In this document: piece by piece, positions 27,401-34,796 of the stretch | How positions within the stretch are numbered: the stretch's first letter is position 1 | How the letters are laid out: each line of letters starts with the position of its first letter | Source of the DNA: Acidobacteriota bacterium | GTDB taxonomy: Bacteria > Acidobacteriota > Thermoanaerobaculia > Multivoradales > JBCCEF01 | Assembly (NCBI GenBank): GCA_039030395.1 | Contig: JBCCEF010000015.1 | Coordinates: 47,018-111,017 of the forward strand | Length of the DNA stretch: 64,000 nt | Direction: 5' to 3' | The notes under the pieces: model-generated | Seen by the model: only the letters and a program-made list of their open reading frames with translations | The model's database searches: none | Told to the model about the DNA's origin: nothing | Made by a program: the position numbers and the translations under genes

Positions 27401-28420
27401 GGTAGTCTCAACGTCACCGGAAGACATGACGGATTCAAAGTTGTCGAGGATCAGCAGTATTTTTTCGGACTTCAAGCAGTCGGCAAGGTCTTCCACAGAG
27501 CTGCGACTCCTTGAAGTCTCGTCGGCTTCCGGACTCCAGTGGTTTACACCGGCCAGGATGCTCTCCACTAATTCCTCTACTGTGGGTGCGCCGACCAAGG
27601 ACCGCCAGATGACCTTGTCGAAACTATACTGGGCGTTTTTCGCGTAGGTTCTTGCAAGACTTGTCTTGCCCAGTCCTCCCCTACCGAATCGGGCCGATAG
27701 CCTTGTTTTGCCTATTCCCCCGAACCCCAGAACCAGCAGGAGTCGTACGTCGTCTTCATGAACCCAACGCTCAAGAATTCTCAGTTCTTGGTCGCGACCG
27801 AATAACTGTCCATTCTCCGGGATACTGGGCCAGTCTTGGTACTGGCCCGTTGTTCGTTGTCGGTGCAGAGTGAATAGGTCGGCGTTCCCCGCTCCTTCAA
27901 GAGCGACAGCGGTTCTTCCTAGTTCAAAAGCAAATCCAATGTCTTTGTTGTTAGCGATCGCATCGTAAAATGCCACCGAGAATGCACTGGCTGTTCGATC
28001 TCGGACAGCGCTGGTCGTCCCGATGACATATTTTATCGATTGAGCTATGGCAGACGCTTGGTCTGCCGAGTAACACGAGTTCAGTAGAACGCACCTGAGA
28101 CCTGGCGAGAAGAGAGAAAAGAGATCAGCGAGCGCGTCACGATCGACGAGTTTCGCAACTCCATCGTCGTCCTCCAACACAAGGCCGTCGTCATTGCCAT
28201 GCGCGGAGATGTGCAAGTACTCGGGTTGATGCTCCAGAAGCGCGCGCCTTAGATCCATCGTTCGAGTAGCCCATCTCTGTTGGAGGCGCAATCGGCTTCT
28301 TGTGCGAGTCAGACTCTCTTGGATTTCTCGAAATTCTACATCCAAACGCAGGCTCTCTGGACCCGTCGGATTCGCTGCGACGTACAGAATGGTAGGTCGT
28401 TCTTCGTACGACGAAGACAT
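24476..28420 (-). CDS. STAND NTPase: N-terminal CHAT (caspase-like His-Cys protease) domain, NB-ARC/NACHT-type ATPase, C-terminal WD40 beta-propeller array (~14 repeats)
   Basis: CHAT dyad motifs LHISAHGNDDG and CVLLNSCYSADQA. P-loop GFGGIGKT followed by a second GRGGLGKT. Walker B LLILDNFE, then GCVILTSRE and GNPLALE (NB-ARC hhhTSR and GxP motifs). Many WD repeats (...HxxxVxSVxFSPDGxxLxSxSxDxTVRVW...). Confidence 0.8.
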   Translation of the reverse strand: MSSSYEERPTILYVAANPTGPESLRLDVEFREIQESLTRTRSRLRLQQRWATRTMDLRRALLEHQPEYLHISAHGNDDGLVLEDDDGVAKLVDRDALADLFSLFSPGLRCVLLNSCYSADQASAIAQSIKYVIGTTSAVRDRTASAFSVAFYDAIANNKDIGFAFELGRTAVALEGAGNADLFTLHRQRTTGQYQDWPSIPENGQLFGRDQELRILERWVHEDDVRLLLVLGFGGIGKTRLSARFGRGGLGKTSLARTYAKNAQYSFDKVIWRSLVGAPTVEELVESILAGVNHWSPEADETSRSRSSVEDLADCLKSEKILLILDNFESVMSSGDVETTGASSSSFSRLILTLGQLEHRGCVILTSREKPRQIEKLEGDNRPVRTLLLRGLDVYNGKKIFEEIGKFSASDQEWRKLIEFYDGNPLALELAARHIQSVYRGDIREFLNQAELTILDLESLLNWHVSRLSKMELEVLYWLAIDREPVALPELRDDLLSSDARKQLASTVHTLQRLMPLERKRLRIGLQPVLLDYLTRRFVQQIGDEIRLSPSWVGRFIGRKLASEVKREFADDSSFDLLRRFALIKSTSKSYVRRSQRRLILRPIVEWFEEQGLLRDELSSLLVDLLGQCREETREDYVAGNLISLLIEILGDLSNLDLSHLVVRQVDFQSVDLRNTSLAYSTLRQVRFRSQFGHIHCVAMTLDGQTLACGDTKGVIHLWKVEDQEPLAMLEGHVGWIRSVEFSPDGRFLVSASEDQTVRVWALRDYFCEATLIGHQSWVNSAVFDTSGRHVVSGGEDGTVRVWEWRTGTCLKEFGPFGSRTRAVQVIPGASKVISGSSDGTIRVIDLQTGQVERHIEGHSDWISSIDLDKEGATLATAGFDCCARLWELSSSRLVCEFRGHSSWIWDVTLSPDRDLLATASRDRTVKIWSTSSGDCVNTIGNAHDGTVRALKFFPNGDRLASVGQDQALKIWDVHDGSKIGSLRGYSNSIWSIVPGTESGCILSGGDDGIVRKWNIDTGACLESRGSHRGRIWALSATHGLVVSGGSDKRLKIWTETDVVEVARIRAHDDWILSVDLSTSGKLLATGSSNRDPVVKLWSTHTGKLVSAFHGHEDRVHGVAVFEKEGLLVSSGDDSSVRFWSMDERSEVFRVELDFDGVRGKLSPFAVAKSSRLFAVATSSGLAIWDVVRRIESLTISPVSGVPTAVMFDALGKKLFLCTSSGTLEAWDLTSGEVDLVIRSPRNVYQAVCPVGNGDSLCASTATGELDIFELETGNLVKTMIAPRPYEGLRLKGSKGLTRGQQSVLYALGATSEE

Positions 28421-29158
28421 ACTGATAATCTCTAGTTATCGGTGTGACGCGTGAGGAGCCCTATGCGCGCCGCACACTTATCGTCTTAATTGAATTGAAG
28501 AATTAGGAGCGCACTAAAGATTATGCAGCCTCGGTGGCCACCTCGTCAAGATACAGATTCTCAAAGCTCAGGACCTTCGCCAGGAATCACCTTCCCCGAT
28601 CGTTGAACACCGCCCTTCCGACGGCCTCAATCCCACTCGAGTGGATTGCCTTATATTGATAAACTACAGATATTCTGTGAAATATATTATATGGATCAAT
28701 CTGCGAGGAGATTGTCTTCCCACTGACTGGTACTCGGCGAACTGCTCGCATACCGCCCTCGCTCCGGCGAGTTCGCGCTCCTGGGGGCAATCGTCCACCT
28801 GAAGGCCGGAGGGGCAGCCGATGCATCCATCCCGGCGTCCCTGCGTCGTGACGCCGACCTGACCGTAACCCCTCCCCCCTGGACTTCTCGCATCCGCCCA
28901 TTCACTTCCGCTTCGACCCACGGCTCTCCCGCTCCGCTGCGCCTATCTATTTGAGTCCGCTGGGTTAGCAGGCTGAGCTGGGTGTTCGGCCGACAAAAAC
29001 TCGACGCCAGGATCCTCTACAGGCGCCTTGCCTCGGCTGACGAGATCTGCTAAGTTGCTGGGAGTAATTACTTTAAGTCTGCCTCGCACCGTTTCCTCGA
29101 AGTCGACGACGGTTTCCGAAGCAGCGGCTTGGCGGACCGCCTGAAAGAGAGGGACCCG

Positions 29159-31006
29159 ATGTCTCTTCGTTCGCCGCGCCTATGGATGGTCGCCGCCCTG
29201 GCCATGCCAGGGATCTTGATCGCCTTCGGCAGTCCGCAGGTGAGCGCCCGCGCCACCCCGCAGGAACCCAGCTCCGAGATTGAGTCCCCAACCGTAGGGG
29301 AGGTCCCGCCGGAATCCGGCGAGGCTGCCTCCTTGAGCGCCGATGAGGAGCACGCGGCGCTGTTCCTGGAGAACCGCTTTCCGGCAGCCACCACCTGCGC
29401 AACGTGCCACCCGGATCACTACCGCGAGTGGTCCGTTTCGCCACATGCCTATGCCCAGATGAGCCCGGTGTTCAACGCCATGCACGGCACCATCCTGAAG
29501 CTCACCAACGGCACCAACGGCGACTTCTGCATCCGCTGCCACACGCCGGTGGGCATGAATTTGGGCGAACCGGAGTTCATCAGCAACCTGGACCGCCACC
29601 CAACCTCCCGCGAGGGAGTGACCTGCGTGGTGTGCCATCGCATCAACCAGCCCTACGGCAAGCTCTCCGGCCGGCTGGCGATCGTCGAGGGCGATCTTTT
29701 CGAACCGGTCTACGGCCCGAGCGGCAACGACGAGCTCCAGCGGGTGATCGAGAGCGACCAGTTCCGGGTCAACACCGAACGGGGGCGCGCCGGGCGGGCG
29801 ATCCACACCCGGTCGGAGAAGTTCTTCCAAATTTCGACTTCCGGCCTATGCGCCACCTGCCACGATGTGAATCTGGTCAACGGATTCCGCCTGGAGGAGG
29901 CGTTCAGCGAATTCAAGACCTCGCCGGCGGCGGAGAACGGCACCTCCTGCCAGGACTGCCACATGAGCACCGTACCGGGAGTCGATTCGGGCTATGCCCA
30001 GGGACCGGCGGCGGTGGTTGGCGGCAAGGCGACGGCGATCCGCAAGCGGACCGATCATATGTTCATCGGCCCGGACTATTCGGTGGTCCACCCGGGGATC
30101 TTCCCGCACAACCCACAGGCTTCGGAGCTGGCGACGTTGCGCGAGTGGCTGACCTTCGATCACGAAGCCGGTTGGGGCACCGATGCCTTCGAAGCGGAAC
30201 TGCCGGAGGCCTACGAGTTCCCGGACCGCTGGCGGGCCGCCGACGACCGCTATGACGCCCGCGACATCTTGAACGACAACCAGGCGCTGTTGGCCGAGGC
30301 CCACGAACAACGTCGCGAGATCTTGCGCGCCGGCTACCAGCTCGGCAAGCTGGTGGTCGACAGGGCCGACGCGAAGGGCCTGGCTTTCCGGGTGGAAGTG
30401 AAGAACGGCACCGACGGCCACGGCGTGCCCACCGGATTCGACGCCGAACGACTGGTGTTCCTGCACACCACCGTGCGCGACGCCGACGGCCGGGTGGTCT
30501 TCGAGTCCGGCGACCTCGACCCCAACGGCGACGTGCGCGACAGTCACTCGCTGTACGTCCACAACGGAGAGCTGCCGCTCGATCGGCAGCTGTTCAGCCT
30601 GCAGTCGAAGTTCATCACCCGCATGGTGCGGGGGGGCGAACGGGAGCAGGTGCTGGCGGTCAACTATTCGCCGGATCCGCTGCCCTTCCTGCGCCCTTCC
30701 ACCTCCTCCACCATTCTCACCGGCCGGCCGCGGGGCGCCCGCAAGCACAAGCAGAACATCGAACCCTTGGGTAGCCGCTGGGCCGAGTACAAGGTGCCGG
30801 CGTCAGCCCTCGACGGTCGCGGTCCATACACCGTCCACGTCGAGATCAAGGCCGGCATGATCCCGGTGAATCTGATCCACGAGATCAAGGACGTGGGCTT
30901 CGACTACGGCTTGAGCGCCCGGGAAGTGGCCGAGCGGGTGGTCGACGGGCATCTCACCCTGTGGGAGCGCGAACACACCATCGAACTCGACCGACCGGGC
31001 GGCTGA
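29159..31006 (+). CDS. Secreted multiheme c-type cytochrome (5 CxxCH)
   Basis: Signal peptide MSLRSPRLWMVAALAMPGILIAFG. Heme motifs CATCH, CIRCH, CVVCH, CATCH, CQDCH. RBS agagaggga. Confidence 0.8.
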   Translation: MSLRSPRLWMVAALAMPGILIAFGSPQVSARATPQEPSSEIESPTVGEVPPESGEAASLSADEEHAALFLENRFPAATTCATCHPDHYREWSVSPHAYAQMSPVFNAMHGTILKLTNGTNGDFCIRCHTPVGMNLGEPEFISNLDRHPTSREGVTCVVCHRINQPYGKLSGRLAIVEGDLFEPVYGPSGNDELQRVIESDQFRVNTERGRAGRAIHTRSEKFFQISTSGLCATCHDVNLVNGFRLEEAFSEFKTSPAAENGTSCQDCHMSTVPGVDSGYAQGPAAVVGGKATAIRKRTDHMFIGPDYSVVHPGIFPHNPQASELATLREWLTFDHEAGWGTDAFEAELPEAYEFPDRWRAADDRYDARDILNDNQALLAEAHEQRREILRAGYQLGKLVVDRADAKGLAFRVEVKNGTDGHGVPTGFDAERLVFLHTTVRDADGRVVFESGDLDPNGDVRDSHSLYVHNGELPLDRQLFSLQSKFITRMVRGGEREQVLAVNYSPDPLPFLRPSTSSTILTGRPRGARKHKQNIEPLGSRWAEYKVPASALDGRGPYTVHVEIKAGMIPVNLIHEIKDVGFDYGLSAREVAERVVDGHLTLWEREHTIELDRPGG

Positions 31007-32607
31007 CGCACTTGAAAGCGCTGCGCCCCCTGTTTCTCCCAGCGCTTGCGGCGCTGCTCCTTGCGGTCCCCATGGCGGCGGACGGCGTGGGTGCGGCCGG
31101 CGGCGAGAGGAAAACCGATCCCCCGAAGGAAGACTCCGCCGCGGAGCATCCCTCCGAGATGGAAGGCAGCGAGGAAGGCAGCCATGGGGAAGACGCCCAT
31201 GGCGAGGACGGGCATGGTGCCGAAGCGCACGGAGAAGATGCCCATCACGGCAAGAAAGGCGGACACCACAGTAGTCGGCTGACCGACGAGCGCATTCCTC
31301 TGCGGGTCGAGAATGTGCCGGAGCGGCCCAAACCGCTGCTCGAACTGGGCGAGCCGTTCCTCGGCTCCGGCACCTTGAAGCCGGGCTTCCGCTTGCCCAC
31401 CGGCGCCGTTTGGCAGCCTTCGCTGCTGGTGTTCGGAACCTTGCGCACCGCCGCCCAGACCTTCGAGAACCCGGCCGGTCGGGTGAGCGAGGTCGCCACC
31501 CGGCTCGATCTCTTCGCCAACCTCCAGCTCTCCGGCACGGAGCGGCTGGTGGTGGGCTTCCGGCCTTTGGACCAGGACGGCCGATTCACCTCCTACGTCT
31601 TCGAATCGGATCTGCCGGGGGTCGACGAGAGCGACTTCTCGGACGAATTCAACGGCGAGATCACCAGCTTGTTCTTCGAGGGCGACTTCGGCGAGATCTT
31701 TCCCAACCTGTCGCGCGACGACTTTTCGCCGACGGACGTCGGCTTCTCCGTCGGCCGCCAGCCGCTGCTGTTCCAGGAGGGGCTGTTGATCAACGACGCC
31801 ATCGACGGCGTGGGCGTCACCCGCAACACCCTGCAGCCGGCCAGGTCCTCGAACTTCCGGGCGACGCTTTTCTGGGGCTGGAACGATGTCGGGCGCCCTG
31901 GGGTGGGCGGCAATCCGGAGGACGACGACGCGCAGCTCGTCGCCCTGCTGACCTCCGCCGACCTACGCCGTTCGACCATCGACGCGGATCTCGCCTGGGT
32001 GCTGTCGGACACCCGGGGCAACGGGGCTCTGCGCTCCGGCGGCGATCTGATCGCCGGCGGCGTCAGCTTCACCCAGCGCATCGGCCTGTTCAACACGTCT
32101 TTTCGCCTCCTCGGGTCCCTCGCCGACGAAGAGACGGTGAGCGCCGGTGAGGGCTTGCTGCTGTTCTCGGAGGTTTCCCGCACGCCCCATCACACCCACG
32201 ACCTTTTGTACTTCAACACCTTTCTGGCGGTGGACCGCTTCACCTCCGCCGCCCGCGGGCCGGCCACCGGCGGGCCGTTGGGGCGCGCCGGCATTAACTT
32301 CGCCGCCGTCGGCCTGGGGCGCTACGGCGCCGCCCTATCGAGCCAGGCCCAGGACGTGGCCGGCGGCGCCGTGGGCTATCAACGCTTCTTCGACCACACC
32401 CGCAAGCAGCTCATCGTCGAGGTCGGGGCACGAGTGGGGACGGATTCCTCCATCGCCGATGCGATCGCCGCCACCGGCCGCTACCAAGCCGCCGTCGGTC
32501 GCCGTTTCGTCCTGCGGACGGAGGCTTTCGCCGGCCTGCGCCGCGACCCCGGCGGCTCCGACGAGGAACTCTTCGGCGGTCGCTTCGAGGTGCTTCTCAA
32601 GTTTTGA
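30961..32607 (+). CDS. Predicted outer-membrane beta-barrel (porin-like) protein with N-terminal His/acidic repeat region
   Basis: Signal-like LKALRPLFLPALAALLLAVPMAADG. HGED-type His-rich repeats. Amphipathic alternating pattern, and it ends in ...RFEVLLKF (a terminal aromatic residue is typical of outer-membrane barrels). Start ambiguous (GTG 30961 overlapping the upstream gene, or TTG 31012). Confidence 0.55.
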   Translation: MGARTHHRTRPTGRLTHLKALRPLFLPALAALLLAVPMAADGVGAAGGERKTDPPKEDSAAEHPSEMEGSEEGSHGEDAHGEDGHGAEAHGEDAHHGKKGGHHSSRLTDERIPLRVENVPERPKPLLELGEPFLGSGTLKPGFRLPTGAVWQPSLLVFGTLRTAAQTFENPAGRVSEVATRLDLFANLQLSGTERLVVGFRPLDQDGRFTSYVFESDLPGVDESDFSDEFNGEITSLFFEGDFGEIFPNLSRDDFSPTDVGFSVGRQPLLFQEGLLINDAIDGVGVTRNTLQPARSSNFRATLFWGWNDVGRPGVGGNPEDDDAQLVALLTSADLRRSTIDADLAWVLSDTRGNGALRSGGDLIAGGVSFTQRIGLFNTSFRLLGSLADEETVSAGEGLLLFSEVSRTPHHTHDLLYFNTFLAVDRFTSAARGPATGGPLGRAGINFAAVGLGRYGAALSSQAQDVAGGAVGYQRFFDHTRKQLIVEVGARVGTDSSIADAIAATGRYQAAVGRRFVLRTEAFAGLRRDPGGSDEELFGGRFEVLLKF

Positions 32608-34736
32608 TCAGCCAGGCGCTCGTGCCCCCTTCAGCCCGCCGGAAATCCCACCGGCGGGGATCTCCGTGGTTGCGAGGTGCAGGCGTTTTAGTCGCCCTTG
32701 GGACGCCCATTGCGCTGTGGGGCCAGGTCACCGGCGACGAGGAGTTCACCCGCGAACCGCCGGAGAAGATCGTCACCGCCGAGGCCTGCGGCGAATGCCA
32801 CATCTCGGAGTTCGAGGTGTGGAAGAAGACCCCCCACGCCACCGGCTTCAAGACCCTGCACCGCACCGAAGCCGCCGAGGCGATCGCCCAGAAGATGGGA
32901 TTCCGACTGATGAAGCGCGACAGCCTGTGCCTCCAGTGCCACTACACGCCAGAGGTGCGGAACGATCAACTGCGGGCCGTCTCCGGAGTGTCCTGTGAGT
33001 CCTGCCACGGCGCCGGCCGCGACTGGATTGACCTCCACAACGACTACGGTTCGGGGTTCGACCACGCCACGGAACCGGCCGAACACCGCCTAGAGCGCAT
33101 CGCCGCCAGCCGCGCCGCCGGCATGCGCCGACCGTCGGATCTCTACGGCGTCGCAACGAGCTGCATGGGCTGCCACACGGTGCCGAACGAAAAGCTGGTG
33201 AACATCGGCGGCCACACCACCGGCAGCTCCGGCTTTGAGCTGGTTGAGTGGTCCCAGGGCGACATCCGCCACAATTTCTTGCAGTCCTTCTTGACTGGCG
33301 ACGGCACCGAGAACCGCGAGCACACGGCGCCGGAGAAGCGGCCGATGTATGTCCTAGGCCGGCTGGTCGAACTCGAATACGCACTGCGCGCCGCAGCGGA
33401 AGCGTCGGAGCCCGGCACCTACGCCCGCGCCGTCGGCCGACGGGTCAAGACCTCGACTCTCGAGCTGCGGAAGATCGGCCAGATCGCCGAGATCCCGGAG
33501 ATCGGCGCGGCGGTGGCGGTGGTGCGCGGAGTCCAGGTAGTGCCCGGCAACGGCACGGCGCTGCGGGCGGCGGCGGACGAACTGGGCGCCATCGCCCGGC
33601 GCTTCGCCGACGACCGCGAGCCGGCGGTCCAGTTGGCGAGTCTCGATCCGCTGATCCGGGGCGAGGCGATCGCGCTTCCGGAGCCCGAGGTGCAAGTGGC
33701 GGCGGCGACCACGTCGGGGGAAGGCGATCCCGGCACGGTGGCCACGGCGACTTCGGACCCGGGCGATGGCTCCGGCGGCGCTACATCCACAACCGCCACC
33801 GCCAACACCGTCACCGTCAACCCCGGCCGGCCGGTGGTGGGCGAGGCGCGGCGTACCATCCGCCCGTCGGCGCGCCACCGCACCCTCGGCCCCGGCGCTT
33901 GTAGCGGCTGCCACGGCGAGGCCAACGACTGGTGGGCCGGCGACGCCCACTACCGCTCGGCCGAACCTTTCTTCAGCCGCTCGCCGGAGGCGGTACGCAT
34001 CGCCACCCTCTACGGTGTTCCCTTGAACCGTATGGTCACCGGCACCGCCCTGTGCATGAACTGTCACGGCACGGTGGTCTCCGGCAGCGAGAGTTTCGAG
34101 GTGTTCGACGGAGCGAGCTGCGAGAGCTGCCATGGACCGGCGGCAGACTACATCGAAGCCCACAAGGAGGGCGACAAGGCGCTCGGCACCGCGCGGCCCG
34201 GCTACCGCAACGCACTGCGGCTCGGGATGACGGAGCTCCAGAACCTCACCACCCGCGCTGAAACGTGTACGAGCTGCCACTACATCACCGATCGCAGGCT
34301 GCTCTCGTCGGGCCATCCTTCCGGCGAGGGTTTCGACTACGTCGCCGCCATGAACAAGATTCGACACTGGCCGGACCCCGCCGGCGCCGGCACCATCCGT
34401 CCGGCCTTCAACAGCGTCTTGGCGAAGCGCGGGCCGGTGCCGGAGGTGCCCTTGGGCGAGCTGCCGGAAACGGTGCTGGCGGAGGCCACCGCCGCGGCCG
34501 CTTCCACCGTCAACAGCCGCCCCACCGGTGGCAGCTGGAACCGCCCGCGGCCGGCCGGCCCTGCCGCCCGCGGCGCCACCGTTGTCCCCCCGATCACCAG
34601 CCGGAGCCGTGCCCCCGGTACTCCCGTGGAACTGCCGCCCTTCCCCACCATCGATGCGTCGACGACGATCGAAGACACTCTGCTGCTGATCAAGCAGCGG
34701 CTGGAGCTGGTCTACGACGCGGTGCGGCCCCAATAA
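32604..34736 (+). CDS. Multiheme c-type cytochrome (8 CxxCH) with internal Thr/Ser/Gly-rich linker
   Basis: CGECH, CLQCH, CESCH, CMGCH, CSGCH, CMNCH, CESCH, CTSCH. Low-complexity linker at ~33700-33830. TTG start overlapping the upstream stop (TTGA); start uncertain. Confidence 0.8.
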   Translation: MISQALVPPSARRKSHRRGSPWLRGAGVLVALGTPIALWGQVTGDEEFTREPPEKIVTAEACGECHISEFEVWKKTPHATGFKTLHRTEAAEAIAQKMGFRLMKRDSLCLQCHYTPEVRNDQLRAVSGVSCESCHGAGRDWIDLHNDYGSGFDHATEPAEHRLERIAASRAAGMRRPSDLYGVATSCMGCHTVPNEKLVNIGGHTTGSSGFELVEWSQGDIRHNFLQSFLTGDGTENREHTAPEKRPMYVLGRLVELEYALRAAAEASEPGTYARAVGRRVKTSTLELRKIGQIAEIPEIGAAVAVVRGVQVVPGNGTALRAAADELGAIARRFADDREPAVQLASLDPLIRGEAIALPEPEVQVAAATTSGEGDPGTVATATSDPGDGSGGATSTTATANTVTVNPGRPVVGEARRTIRPSARHRTLGPGACSGCHGEANDWWAGDAHYRSAEPFFSRSPEAVRIATLYGVPLNRMVTGTALCMNCHGTVVSGSESFEVFDGASCESCHGPAADYIEAHKEGDKALGTARPGYRNALRLGMTELQNLTTRAETCTSCHYITDRRLLSSGHPSGEGFDYVAAMNKIRHWPDPAGAGTIRPAFNSVLAKRGPVPEVPLGELPETVLAEATAAAASTVNSRPTGGSWNRPRPAGPAARGATVVPPITSRSRAPGTPVELPPFPTIDASTTIEDTLLLIKQRLELVYDAVRPQ

Positions 34737-34796
34737 GAAAACGCAGGGAGAAGACTCGAGCCGTGAGAGGACCCAGGCAGCGATGAGGATCGAGAG

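Larger units (their letters stand above)
21637..28720. mobile_element. Putative integrated genomic island: high-GC integrase followed by ~6.1 kb of markedly lower-GC DNA carrying three cargo genes
   Basis: Visible compositional shift: 22600-28720 is AT-richer (~50% GC) than the ~68% flanks. A tyrosine recombinase sits at the left boundary. The right boundary is approximate. No tRNA or att direct repeats could be identified by eye. Confidence 0.4.

Noticed and set aside
28421-29158. Gasdermin-like or other small substrate gene adjacent to the protease-STAND gene
   Set aside because: Only short, compositionally biased ORFs (28587-28921) are present. None resembles a gasdermin.
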